A stretch of 64,000 nucleotides of DNA, taken from positions 22,731 through 86,730 of the forward strand of contig JBIQHD010000013.1 of the NCBI GenBank assembly GCA_044508835.1, in the 5' to 3' direction. The notes under the pieces were generated by a model. That model did no database searches. It was given only the letters and a program-made list of their open reading frames with translations, and was not told the origin of the DNA. Positions 9,886-18,349 of this stretch are shown piece after piece. How positions within the stretch are numbered: position 1 is the stretch's first letter; each line of letters begins with the position of its first letter. The stretch comes from Rubrivivax sp. GTDB lineage: Bacteria; Pseudomonadota; Gammaproteobacteria; Burkholderiales; Burkholderiaceae_C. The translations under genes were made by a program, and so were the position numbers.

Positions 9886-11451
9886 TCACGCGGCCGTCGC
9901 CGCGTCCTTCAGCCGGAACACGCTCATCGCCCGCACCAGCTGCGCCGCCTGCTGGCTCAGGCTCTCGGTGGCGGCCACGCTCTCCTCGACGAGCGCCGCG
10001 TTCTGCTGCGTCACCTGGTCGAGCTGGGTCACCGCACCGGTGATCTGCGTGATGCCGGCGCTCTGCTCCTGCGTGGCCGCGCTGATGCCGTTGACCAGGT
10101 CGGCCACGCGCCGCACCTGCAGCACCATGTCCTGCATGGTGCGGCCCGTGTCGCCGACGAGCAGGCTGCCGGCCTCCACCTTCTCGACGCTGTCGCTGAT
10201 CAGCGCCTTGATCTCGCGCGCCGCCTGGGCGCTGCGCTGCGCGAGGCTGCGCACCTCGCCGGCCACCACCGCGAAGCCGCGGCCCTGCTCGCCGGCGCGG
10301 GCGGCCTCCACCGCGGCGTTGAGCGCGAGGATGTTGGTCTGGAAGGCGATGCCGTCGATCACGCCGATGATGTCGGCGATCTTCTTGCTCGACGTGTTGA
10401 TGTCGTCCATCGTCCGCACGATGCGGCCCACCGCGTCGCCGCCCTGCGCGGCCACCTCGCTGGCCGCGCGGGCGAGCTGCGAGGCCTCGTGCGCGACGTC
10501 GGAGTTGCTGTGCACCGTGCCGGACAGCTGCTCGATCGACGCCGCGGTCTGCTGCAGGTTGCCCGCCTGCTCCTCGGTGCGCTGCCCGAGGTCGCTGGTG
10601 CCGGCGGCGATCTGGCTCGACGCGGTGGCGATCGAGTCGCTGCTCTGGCGCACGAGGCCCACGGTGCCGGCCAGGCTGTGGGTCATCGCCTTCAGCGCCG
10701 CCAGGAGCTGGCCGGTCTCGTCGCTGCTCCTCACCTCGATGTGCGGGCTCAGGTCGCCGGCGGCCACGGTCTTCGCGATGCCCACGGCCTTGCGCAGCGG
10801 CGCGGCGACCGAGCGGGTGAGCCACCAGGCGAAGCCCACGCCGAACGCCAGCGCGAGCGACCCGACGCCCAGCATGAGCCGGTCGACCGAGGTGATCTGC
10901 CGCCGGGTCTGCGCGCCCGCGGCGCGGGCCTGCGACCGCTGCAGCTCGCTCAGCGCGTCCACGTGGCCCTGCAGCACGTCGATGGCCGGCAGCGTCTCGC
11001 GGGTCAGCAGCTGCGCCGCCTCGTCGCGCCGGTCCTCGGCGAGCAGGCCGGCGACCCGCGTGAACGACTCGACGTAGGCGGCGCGCGCCGCGCGGGCCTT
11101 GGCCAGCAGCGCGGCGTCGGCGTCCGAGTCGACGCGCGCGTCGAGCGTGTCGATCGCCTGCGTGATCGCCGTCTTGTTGGCCTCGATCGCCTGCCGCACC
11201 TGCTCCGCCTGCGCCGCGTCGGCCACGAAGAACAGCTCCATCGTGCGGCGGGCGTTGGCGCGGGTGAGGCCGTTGATCGTGGCCGCGGCGTCGGCCTTGG
11301 CCCAGTCGTGCTCGATGAGCCGCGCGTTGGCCGCGCCGACGCGGTCGAAGCCGCCGGAGGCCAGCAGCACGATGATGGCCATCATCGCCAGGACGAGGCC
11401 GAATCCGAGGCCCAGGCGGGCGCCGAGTCTGAGGTTTCGCAGCAGGAGCAT
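9886..11451 (-). CDS. Methyl-accepting chemotaxis protein
   Basis: The protein has an N-terminal TM segment, a four-helix-bundle-like sensor, a second TM segment and a HAMP domain. It also has the highly conserved signalling hairpin [51 protein letters not shown]. Confidence 0.93.
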   Translation of the reverse strand: MLLLRNLRLGARLGLGFGLVLAMMAIIVLLASGGFDRVGAANARLIEHDWAKADAAATINGLTRANARRTMELFFVADAAQAEQVRQAIEANKTAITQAIDTLDARVDSDADAALLAKARAARAAYVESFTRVAGLLAEDRRDEAAQLLTRETLPAIDVLQGHVDALSELQRSQARAAGAQTRRQITSVDRLMLGVGSLALAFGVGFAWWLTRSVAAPLRKAVGIAKTVAAGDLSPHIEVRSSDETGQLLAALKAMTHSLAGTVGLVRQSSDSIATASSQIAAGTSDLGQRTEEQAGNLQQTAASIEQLSGTVHSNSDVAHEASQLARAASEVAAQGGDAVGRIVRTMDDINTSSKKIADIIGVIDGIAFQTNILALNAAVEAARAGEQGRGFAVVAGEVRSLAQRSAQAAREIKALISDSVEKVEAGSLLVGDTGRTMQDMVLQVRRVADLVNGISAATQEQSAGITQITGAVTQLDQVTQQNAALVEESVAATESLSQQAAQLVRAMSVFRLKDAATAA

Positions 11452-11479
11452 GGTGTTCGAATGGGCAGTTCCAGCCCGG

Positions 11480-11506
11480 CTATCGACGCGCCGGCGGCCG
11501 CCTGAA
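11480..11506 (-). promoter_or_regulatory. Weak candidate sigma-28 (FliA) promoter upstream of the MCP gene
   Basis: The minus strand reads TTCA-N15-GTCGATAG, against the consensus TAAA-N15-GCCGATAA. The -10 is good and the -35 is poor. MCP genes are commonly class III. Confidence 0.25.
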
Positions 11507-11585
11507 GGCCGGCGGCGCGCGGGCTTGACCTTCGTCAGCCGCGTGGCCGGCGCTGCCGATTTCGCTTGACAGGCGCCGCGTTCGT

Positions 11586-13307
11586 TCAGCGCGGCAGCGC
11601 CGCTTCCACCACCATCTGCAGCCGCTGGCGGCCGTTGTATTCGTCCACGGCGAGCCGGTAGGCGAGCAGCACCTGCTCGGGCAGCGGCTCGCTGCGGCCG
11701 AACCAGATGGCGTCGCGCACCGTGCCGCCGTGCTTCACGGCGAGCTTGAGGTGCCGCTCGCCGACGAGGCGCTGCGACACGACGGTCACCTCGTCGCTGA
11801 ACACCGGCGCCTCGAAGGCCTGGCCCCAGACCTGCGCGTCCAGCGACTGCACGGTCTCGACGTTGAAGTACTCCAGCGCCAGCGGCCCGTCGCACATCAG
11901 CGTGCGTGCGAGCGTGGCGCGGTCGAGCCATTCGCCGGCCACGCGCTGCAGCGCCTGCGCGAAGGTGGCGAACGAGGCCTCGTCGAGCGTCGCGCCGGCG
12001 GCCATCGCATGGCCGCCGAACTTCTTCAGGAGGCCCGGGTGGCGCTTGCTCACCAGGTCGAGCGCGTCGCGCAGGTGGAAGCCGGCGATGGAGCGGCCCG
12101 AGCCCTTGAGCAGCCCGTCCTGCCCGCGCGCGAACACGAAGGCAGGGCGGTGCACGCGGTCCTTCAGGCGCGAGGCGACGATGCCGACCACGCCCTCGTG
12201 GAAGCCCGGGTCGTACAGGGCCAGCGCGGCCGGCGGCTCGCCGCGGGGCATCAGCGCGTCGAGCATGGCCTCGGCCTGCTCGCGCATGCCGGCCTCCACG
12301 TCGCGGCGCTCGCGGTTGATGGTGTCGAGCAGCGTCGCGAGCTCGCCCGCGCGCTTCGCATCGTCGGTGAGCAGGCATTCGATGCCGAGCGTCATGTCCG
12401 ACAGCCGCCCCGCGGCGTTGATGCGCGGCCCGAGCGCGAAGCCGAAGTCGAAGCCGCTGGCGCGCCGTGCGTCGCGCCCGGCGGCCGAGAACAGCGCCGC
12501 CACGCCCGGCTGCATGCGCCCGGCGCGGATGCGGCGCAGGCCCTGCGCGACGAGGCGGCGGTTGTTGGCGTCGAGCTTGACCACGTCGGCCACGGTGCCG
12601 AGCGCCACCAGGTCGAGCAGCACGTCCAGCCGCGGCTGCGTCTGCGCGTCGAACACGCCGCGCGCGCGCAGCTCGCCGCGCAGCGCGAGCAGCACGTAGA
12701 ACATCACGCCCACGCCGGCGAGGTGCTTGCTGGCGAAGCCGCAGCCCGGCTGGTTGGGGTTCACGATGACGTGCGCGTCGGGCAGCTGCACGCGGTCGTC
12801 GATGAGTGCCGGCAGGTGGTGGTCGGTCACCACCACGGCCATGCCGGCGGCGCGCGCGTGCGCCACGCCGGCGAGGCTGGCGATGCCGTTGTCCACCGTC
12901 AGCAGCACGTCGGGGCGGTGCGCGGCGGCGAGGTCGACGATGGCCGGCGTGAGGCCGTAGCCGTGCACCGCGCGGTCGGGCACGACGTAGGCCAGCGTCT
13001 CGCGCGGCGCGCCGAGCATGGCCAGCCCGCGCAGGGCGACGGCGCAGGCGGTGGCGCCGTCGCAGTCGTAGTCGGCGACGACGCAGACGCGCCGCTTCGC
13101 GGCGATGGCGTCGGCCAGCAGCACGGCGGCCTCGCGCGTGCCGTGCAGGCCGTCGGGCGGCAGCAGCCTGCCCAGGCCGTCGTCGAGCTCGTCGGGCGAG
13201 ACCACGCCGCGCCCCGCGTACAGCCGCGCGAGCAGCGGGTGGATGCCGGCCTGCTCCAGCGCCCAGGCGGCGCGCGGCGGCACGTCGCGCCGCAGGATCG
13301 TCGGCAT
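11586..13307 (-). CDS. recJ: Single-stranded-DNA-specific exonuclease RecJ
   Basis: DHH motifs are present ([27 protein letters not shown]), together with DHHA1 (GGHAMAAG) and an OB-fold C-terminus. The protein is 573 aa. Confidence 0.95.
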   Translation of the reverse strand: MPTILRRDVPPRAAWALEQAGIHPLLARLYAGRGVVSPDELDDGLGRLLPPDGLHGTREAAVLLADAIAAKRRVCVVADYDCDGATACAVALRGLAMLGAPRETLAYVVPDRAVHGYGLTPAIVDLAAAHRPDVLLTVDNGIASLAGVAHARAAGMAVVVTDHHLPALIDDRVQLPDAHVIVNPNQPGCGFASKHLAGVGVMFYVLLALRGELRARGVFDAQTQPRLDVLLDLVALGTVADVVKLDANNRRLVAQGLRRIRAGRMQPGVAALFSAAGRDARRASGFDFGFALGPRINAAGRLSDMTLGIECLLTDDAKRAGELATLLDTINRERRDVEAGMREQAEAMLDALMPRGEPPAALALYDPGFHEGVVGIVASRLKDRVHRPAFVFARGQDGLLKGSGRSIAGFHLRDALDLVSKRHPGLLKKFGGHAMAAGATLDEASFATFAQALQRVAGEWLDRATLARTLMCDGPLALEYFNVETVQSLDAQVWGQAFEAPVFSDEVTVVSQRLVGERHLKLAVKHGGTVRDAIWFGRSEPLPEQVLLAYRLAVDEYNGRQRLQMVVEAALPR

Positions 13308-13312
13308 GCTGG

Positions 13313-14248
13313 TCACAGCGACTCCAGCACGGCTTGCGGCGGCTCGCCGCGGCCGGCGCCGGTGAGGCGCTGCCACAGCGTGCGCGGCGCCGGCTCGAAG
13401 CGCTGGGCCTGGCGCTCGCCGCACAGCGTGAGCGCCACGGCCTCGCCGCGCCGCGCCTGCTCGAGCAGCGGCGCGATGCGTTCGGCATCGAGCGCGCGCC
13501 AGGCCTCGGCCCAGGCGGCCCAGTCGCCGGCGAGCAGCGGGGCGCGCAGGCGATCGTCGACGACGGGCGGCTCGCCCGCGGGCGCCTCGGCCTGCGCGCG
13601 GCCGCAGCCGCTGAGCCAGAACGAGTTCACCGGCAGCTCGCCGCGCGCCGTGCGGGCGTCGTGCGCGGGGTGCTGGTAGAGCAGCATCTGCACCTCGTTC
13701 TGCAGCCGGCGCACGAGGCGCGATTCGGTGCGCGCGGCCAGCCACAGGTCGACGTTGCGGCCGATCACGCGGTCGAGCGAGGCGGTGGGCAGGGCGGCCA
13801 GCGACTCGTGCGCGGCATACCAGCGCGTGGGCGCGCCGTAGGCGAGCGTGAAGCCCTCGCTCTCGAACAGCGGGCGGATGGCGTCGAGGTGCTCGCGCGA
13901 TTGCGCCTCCGTCAGCGCGAGCGTGTCCGGGTCGACGAGCGTGACCTGCTCGCTGCCCACCGCCCAGTGCCCCGGCGTCATGAGCGCCCAGGCCCGGTCG
14001 CCCACCGCGATGCCGTCCAGCCGCGCCTGGCGCGCGCCCCAGGGCAGGCGGCCGTCCTCGCCGCGCAGGCCCAGCGCTTCGGCGAGCGCGCGCTCGTGCG
14101 GCGGGGTGAGGGTGTATTCGTCGCCGCCGCAGCGCGCCGCGGGGGCGAGCCGCGCGAGCAGGGCCTGGAGCCGGGGCAGCGGGAGGTCGCGCAGCGTGTG
14201 GACCGCCGCTTCCGAGAGCGCTGATGCGAAGGGGATCAGCAGGTGCAT
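13313..14248 (-). CDS. Conserved hypothetical protein, co-oriented and nearly abutting recJ
   Basis: This 311-aa ORF has coding-like composition with no repeats. Its stop lies 5 nt before the recJ start. I recognise no catalytic motif. I recall homologues next to recJ being labelled RpfE-type or phosphoglycerate-mutase-like, but I cannot verify that here. Confidence 0.55.
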   Translation of the reverse strand: MHLLIPFASALSEAAVHTLRDLPLPRLQALLARLAPAARCGGDEYTLTPPHERALAEALGLRGEDGRLPWGARQARLDGIAVGDRAWALMTPGHWAVGSEQVTLVDPDTLALTEAQSREHLDAIRPLFESEGFTLAYGAPTRWYAAHESLAALPTASLDRVIGRNVDLWLAARTESRLVRRLQNEVQMLLYQHPAHDARTARGELPVNSFWLSGCGRAQAEAPAGEPPVVDDRLRAPLLAGDWAAWAEAWRALDAERIAPLLEQARRGEAVALTLCGERQAQRFEPAPRTLWQRLTGAGRGEPPQAVLESL

Positions 14249-14282
14249 GGGGCGCGATTATCCGCGCCGCACTTTCATGCCA

Positions 14283-15270
14283 ATTCGCGTTCGAGAGGGA
14301 AGTCCGTGCCGGAACGCCGTTCGCGCTGAGGTATCGAAGCGCTCGCCCCACCAACCCGTTCGCGCTGAGCTTGTCGAAGCGTGTTGCGCTCGGTCCGGGT
14401 TGACTGGTTGGGGCTGCGGTCGTAGTTGTGAGAAGCCGGGTCTCGCCCCGGCGGGCGACCTACTTTCTTTTGCTTCGCCAAAAGAAAGTAGGCAAAGAAA
14501 AGGCGACCCCGACGGAGGCGGTCCGCTGCGCGGACTGCTCTGCGGTGCTCGGAATTTGGCGCTCGCGCGAAACTCGCTGCGCGCCCTGCGGGCGCTACGC
14601 TCAAACAGTCGCGCGAAGTCAGAAGACGAAGGCGCTGCGCGCCGCGCCAAACTCCTGCGCTCCTCGACGCCTCCCACGGGGACCCCGCAACACCAGCCAC
14701 GCCTCGCTGCGCCTCGGCTGGATGTGCGGTGCGTCGCGCAGCGACGCCCGCCCGGGTGGCGATGCGCAGCGAGCCGAATCGCCTCCCGTAGGCGTCGGCG
14801 AGAAGCGCAGGGCTTTGCAGCCGGGCGCGACAGCGCCCCTCGTGGTCTGACTTCGCGCGACTGTTTGAGCGCAGCGCCCGTAGGGCGCGTAGCGAGTTTC
14901 GCGCGAGGCTGCGAAGCCCGAGCATCGCAGCGCACCCCTCGCGCAGCGAGGGGCGACGCCTCCGGGTCGCCTTTTCTTGGTTACTTCTCTTGGCGAGACA
15001 AGAGAAGTAACTCGCCCGCCGGGGCGAGACCCGGCTTCTCACAGCTTCGGCCGCACTTCAATCAGCCAAACCGGACTGCGCGCACGCTTCGACGGGCTCA
15101 GCGCGAACGGGGCTTCAGGCGACGAGCGCTTCGACAAGCTCAGCGCGAACGGGTGGGTGGGGCGAAGCGCTTCGATACCTCAGCGCGAACGGGTTTTGTA
15201 CGAATGGGCTTCGTGTGAACGGGCTTTGTGCGAACGGTGCCCGTGGAGAACGGCACCGAGGGGCGATTGG
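14283..15270. repeat. Giant imperfect palindrome: two head-to-head copies of a roughly 430-480-bp structured repeat (MITE/REP-composite-like), centre near 14745
   Basis: Read directly. 14317-14381 is the near-exact reverse complement of 15127-15192. 14430-14458 pairs with 15012-15040, and 14568-14625 pairs with 14846-14905. Each arm also contains its own local hairpins. There is no credible CDS. Confidence 0.85.
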
Positions 15271-15391
15271 ATCGGCCCGCGATGCGCGCTTCGATGCCTC
15301 GGCGCGAGCGCGGCGGTGCAGTGAACCGGTGGTGTGCCCCTCGGCGTTTCGACCGGTCGAACGGTGCTTGTCGACCGACCACGGATCGGCA

Positions 15392-15874
15392 TCAGAGGAA
15401 TCGGTCGAGCAGCTTGCGCGAGCCGCGGTCGAGCGCGCCGCGGTCGGCGATGCGGAAGTGCATGCCCTGGGCGCTGGCGATGAGCAGCGCGCCGCCGGGC
15501 AGGCGGCGGATGTCCTCCTCGGCCTTGAGCACGAAGCGGGTGGCGCCGCGGTCGGTCTCCACCTCCCAGGTGCTGGGCGTGACCACGCTGGACACGCGCA
15601 CCAGCCGCAGGATCTCGGGCGTGAGCTCGCGCGGCGCGAGCGCCTCTTCCACCAGTGCGCGGGCGGCGGGCGAGAGCGCGTCGATGCGCGGCACCCAGGC
15701 GAGCTCGCGGCCCTCGGCGCTGACGATGGCCAGCGCCTCGTGCGGCGCGGCGAGCGGGAAGGCGCGCACCGGCAGCACGCCGGCGTGCTCGCTGCCGTCG
15801 GCGTCGGTGAGCACCAGGCGACCGGCCGCGTCGCGGTGCAGGGTGAAGGTGGGCGTGTCCATCGCGTCCGTCAT
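15392..15874 (-). CDS. DUF1854-family protein (family reported as cyanophycin-metabolism-associated)
   Basis: The 160-aa protein begins MTDAMDTPTFTLHRDAAGRLVLTDADGSEHAGVLPVRAFPL and ends LDRGSRKLLDRFL. It lies immediately downstream of the ABC gene with a 5-nt gap. The family assignment is from memory of this conserved pairing. Confidence 0.65.
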   Translation of the reverse strand: MTDAMDTPTFTLHRDAAGRLVLTDADGSEHAGVLPVRAFPLAAPHEALAIVSAEGRELAWVPRIDALSPAARALVEEALAPRELTPEILRLVRVSSVVTPSTWEVETDRGATRFVLKAEEDIRRLPGGALLIASAQGMHFRIADRGALDRGSRKLLDRFL

Positions 15875-15879
15875 CGTGC

Positions 15880-18174
15880 TCACCGCGACCCCGTCGCCGC
15901 CGCGTCGTCGTTCGCCGCCTCGCGCACGACCGCCGGCAGCGCGGGCGCCTCCTGCTCCTCGGTGCGCGCCTGCGCCTGGTACAGCCGCCAGTAGGCGCCG
16001 CGCCGGGCCATCAGCGCGTCGTGCGGGCCGACCTCGACCACGGCGCCGCGGTCCATCACCACCAGCCGGTCGGCGCGGCGCAGGGTGGACAGGCGGTGCG
16101 CGATGGCGATCGTCGTGCGGCCCTGCACCAGGTTGTCGAGCGCGCGCTGGATCTCGCGCTCGGTCTCGGTGTCCACGCTCGACGTGGCCTCGTCGAGGAT
16201 GAGGATGCGCGGGTCGATGAGCAGCGCGCGCGCGATGGAGATGCGCTGGCGCTCGCCGCCCGACAGGCCCTGGCCGCGTTCGCCCACCAGCGAGTCGTAG
16301 CCCTGCGGCAGGCGCAGGATGAACTCGTGCGCGTTGGCGGCGCGCGCGGCGGCGACGATCTCCTCGCGCGTGGCCTCGGGCCGGCCGTAGGCGATGTTCT
16401 CGGCGATGCTGCCGAAGAACAGGAAGGGCTCCTGCAGCACCAGGCCGATGTGCCGCCGGAAGTCGGCCACCGCGAAGCGGCGGATGTCGGTGCCGTCCAC
16501 CGCGATGCTGCCCTCGCTCACGTCGTGGAAGCGGCAGATCAGGTTCACCAGCGTGCTCTTGCCCGAGCCGCTGTGGCCGACGAGCCCGATCATCTCGCCC
16601 GGGCGGATGTCCAGGTCGAGGCCGCGCAGGATCGGCCGGCTGCCGTAGCGGAAGTGCACGCCGCGCAGCGCGATGCCGCCCTGCATCTGCGTGATCGGCT
16701 CCGGCCGCACCGGCTCCGGCACGTTCGACTGGTGGTCGAGGATGTCGAAGATGCGCTTGGCGCCGGCCGCCGCCTTCTGCGTGACCGAGACGATGCGGCT
16801 CATCGAATCGAGCCGGCCGTAGAAGCGCCCGATGTAGGCGATGAAGGCGGTGAGCACGCCCACGGTGATCTGGTGGCGCGACACCAGCCACACGCCGAAG
16901 GCCCACACCACCAGCAGGCCCAGCTCAGTCATCAGCGCCACCGTGGGCGTGAACAGCGACCAGGTGCGGTTGAGCCGGTCGTTGACCGCCAGGTTGTGGA
17001 CGTTCGCCGCCTTGAAGCGCGCCGACTCGCGCGCCTCCTGCGCGAAGGCCTTGACCACGCGGATGCCCGGAATCGTGTCGGCCAGCACGTTGGTCACCTC
17101 GCCCCACACCCGGTCGATGCGCTCGAAGCCCGTGCGCAGCTTCTCGCGCACGAGGTGGATCAGCCAGGCGATGAAGGGCAGCGGCAGCAGCGTGACCAGC
17201 GCCAGCCAGGGGTTGATGGAGAACAGGATGGCGGCCGTCATGCCGATCATCAGCACGTCTGTTGCGAAGTCGAGCGCGTGCAGCGACAGGAAGACGTTGA
17301 TGCGGTCGGTCTCGGAGCCGATGCGCGCCATCAGGTCGCCGGTGCGCTTGCCGCCGAAGTAGTCGAGCGGCAGCTTGAGCAGGTGGTCGTAGGTGGCGGT
17401 GCGCAGGTCGGCGCCGATGCGCTCGGACACCAGCGCCAGCAGCCAGGTGCGCGCCCACCCCAGCCCCCAGGCCAGCAGCGCCGCGGCGAACAGGCCGCCC
17501 ATGTACAGCGCCACCAGCGCCGGGTCGATGGCCTGGCCGTTCTGGAACGGGATCAGCACCTCGTCCATCAGCGGCATGGTGAGGTAGGGCGGCACCAGCG
17601 TGGCGGCGGTGGCGGCCAGCGTGAGCAGGAAGCCGGCGGCGAGCTGGCCGCGGTAGGGCCGCGCGAAGCGGCCCAGGCGCAGCAGCACCCAGGTCGAGGC
17701 GGGTGTCGCCGCCTCGGGCGTGCAGGCGGGGCAGTTGTCGTCGTCCGGCGACAACGGGCCGTCGCAGGTGGGGCAGGTGCCGGCGAGCTCCGCCACCGGG
17801 CGGCCGGCGGCCTGCGCCTGGGCCCGTTCGAAGCGCCGAACGAAGCGCATGGCGTCGCCATCGGCGCGCAACGTGAATCGCCAGGACGCGATCGCGCGGC
17901 CGCCGTCGTGCAGCGCCAGCTGGCTGACGCCGGCGTGGTCGGACAGCGTGAGCGCCGTGGCCTCGGTGATCGGCCAGGCGGCCTTGTCGCCGCCCGGCGA
18001 CAGAACCAGCAGCCGGCGCTCGGTCAGGCCGAGCACCGTGGGGGCGAAATGCAGCCGCTCGTCGAGGTCCGCCACGAGGCGGGCGAGCAGGTTCTCGCCG
18101 GGCGCGAGCAGGGCGTCGAGGGCGCTGTCCGTCGGCGTCGACGCGGCGGATTCGAGGTGGCGCGCGGATTGCAT
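15880..18174 (-). CDS. ABC transporter, fused permease/ATPase (exporter type) with a roughly 158-aa N-terminal extension containing a CxxC...CxxC zinc ribbon
   Basis: A six-TM ABC_membrane region is followed by Walker [10 protein letters not shown], the signature [15 protein letters not shown] and Walker [10 protein letters not shown]. The N-terminal extension has [18 protein letters not shown]. The start was chosen at the ATG at 18174; the ORF track begins at 18297. Confidence 0.88.
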   Translation of the reverse strand: MQSARHLESAASTPTDSALDALLAPGENLLARLVADLDERLHFAPTVLGLTERRLLVLSPGGDKAAWPITEATALTLSDHAGVSQLALHDGGRAIASWRFTLRADGDAMRFVRRFERAQAQAAGRPVAELAGTCPTCDGPLSPDDDNCPACTPEAATPASTWVLLRLGRFARPYRGQLAAGFLLTLAATAATLVPPYLTMPLMDEVLIPFQNGQAIDPALVALYMGGLFAAALLAWGLGWARTWLLALVSERIGADLRTATYDHLLKLPLDYFGGKRTGDLMARIGSETDRINVFLSLHALDFATDVLMIGMTAAILFSINPWLALVTLLPLPFIAWLIHLVREKLRTGFERIDRVWGEVTNVLADTIPGIRVVKAFAQEARESARFKAANVHNLAVNDRLNRTWSLFTPTVALMTELGLLVVWAFGVWLVSRHQITVGVLTAFIAYIGRFYGRLDSMSRIVSVTQKAAAGAKRIFDILDHQSNVPEPVRPEPITQMQGGIALRGVHFRYGSRPILRGLDLDIRPGEMIGLVGHSGSGKSTLVNLICRFHDVSEGSIAVDGTDIRRFAVADFRRHIGLVLQEPFLFFGSIAENIAYGRPEATREEIVAAARAANAHEFILRLPQGYDSLVGERGQGLSGGERQRISIARALLIDPRILILDEATSSVDTETEREIQRALDNLVQGRTTIAIAHRLSTLRRADRLVVMDRGAVVEVGPHDALMARRGAYWRLYQAQARTEEQEAPALPAVVREAANDDAAATGSR

Positions 18175-18349
18175 GAGCGGGTCGGAAGGCGGCCCCTCGC
18201 GGGGCCGTTTGTCTGGGGGTTGGAAGCCCTCGCCGGAATTGTGCGCCGCAGCGTGAGCGGCGCCGCCGGCGATCGGCAAGCCGCCCACCGAATGCAAGGA
18301 ACGAACCCGGCGGCGCCGCCGGCGGAAGCAGCCAACCAGGACCGCACGA

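Noticed and set aside
15085-15192. A possible miniature CRISPR array: three 25-26-nt direct repeats with regular spacing.
   Set aside because: The spacers are only 15-16 nt. There are only three repeats. The same units occur inverted at 14317-14381 as part of the palindrome, and again at 26.8 kb. No cas genes or leader are present.
14258-15324. ORFs inside the repeat block: 14258-14935 minus, 14275-15042 minus, 14428-14850 plus, 14977-15324 plus, and the tail of 13848-15218 plus.
   Set aside because: The plus- and minus-strand ORFs begin with the same peptide (MRSRVSPRRA.YF) only because the DNA is an inverted repeat. Their composition is Arg/Ser/Ala-rich and repeat-derived. They have no Shine-Dalgarno sequence and no domain motifs.
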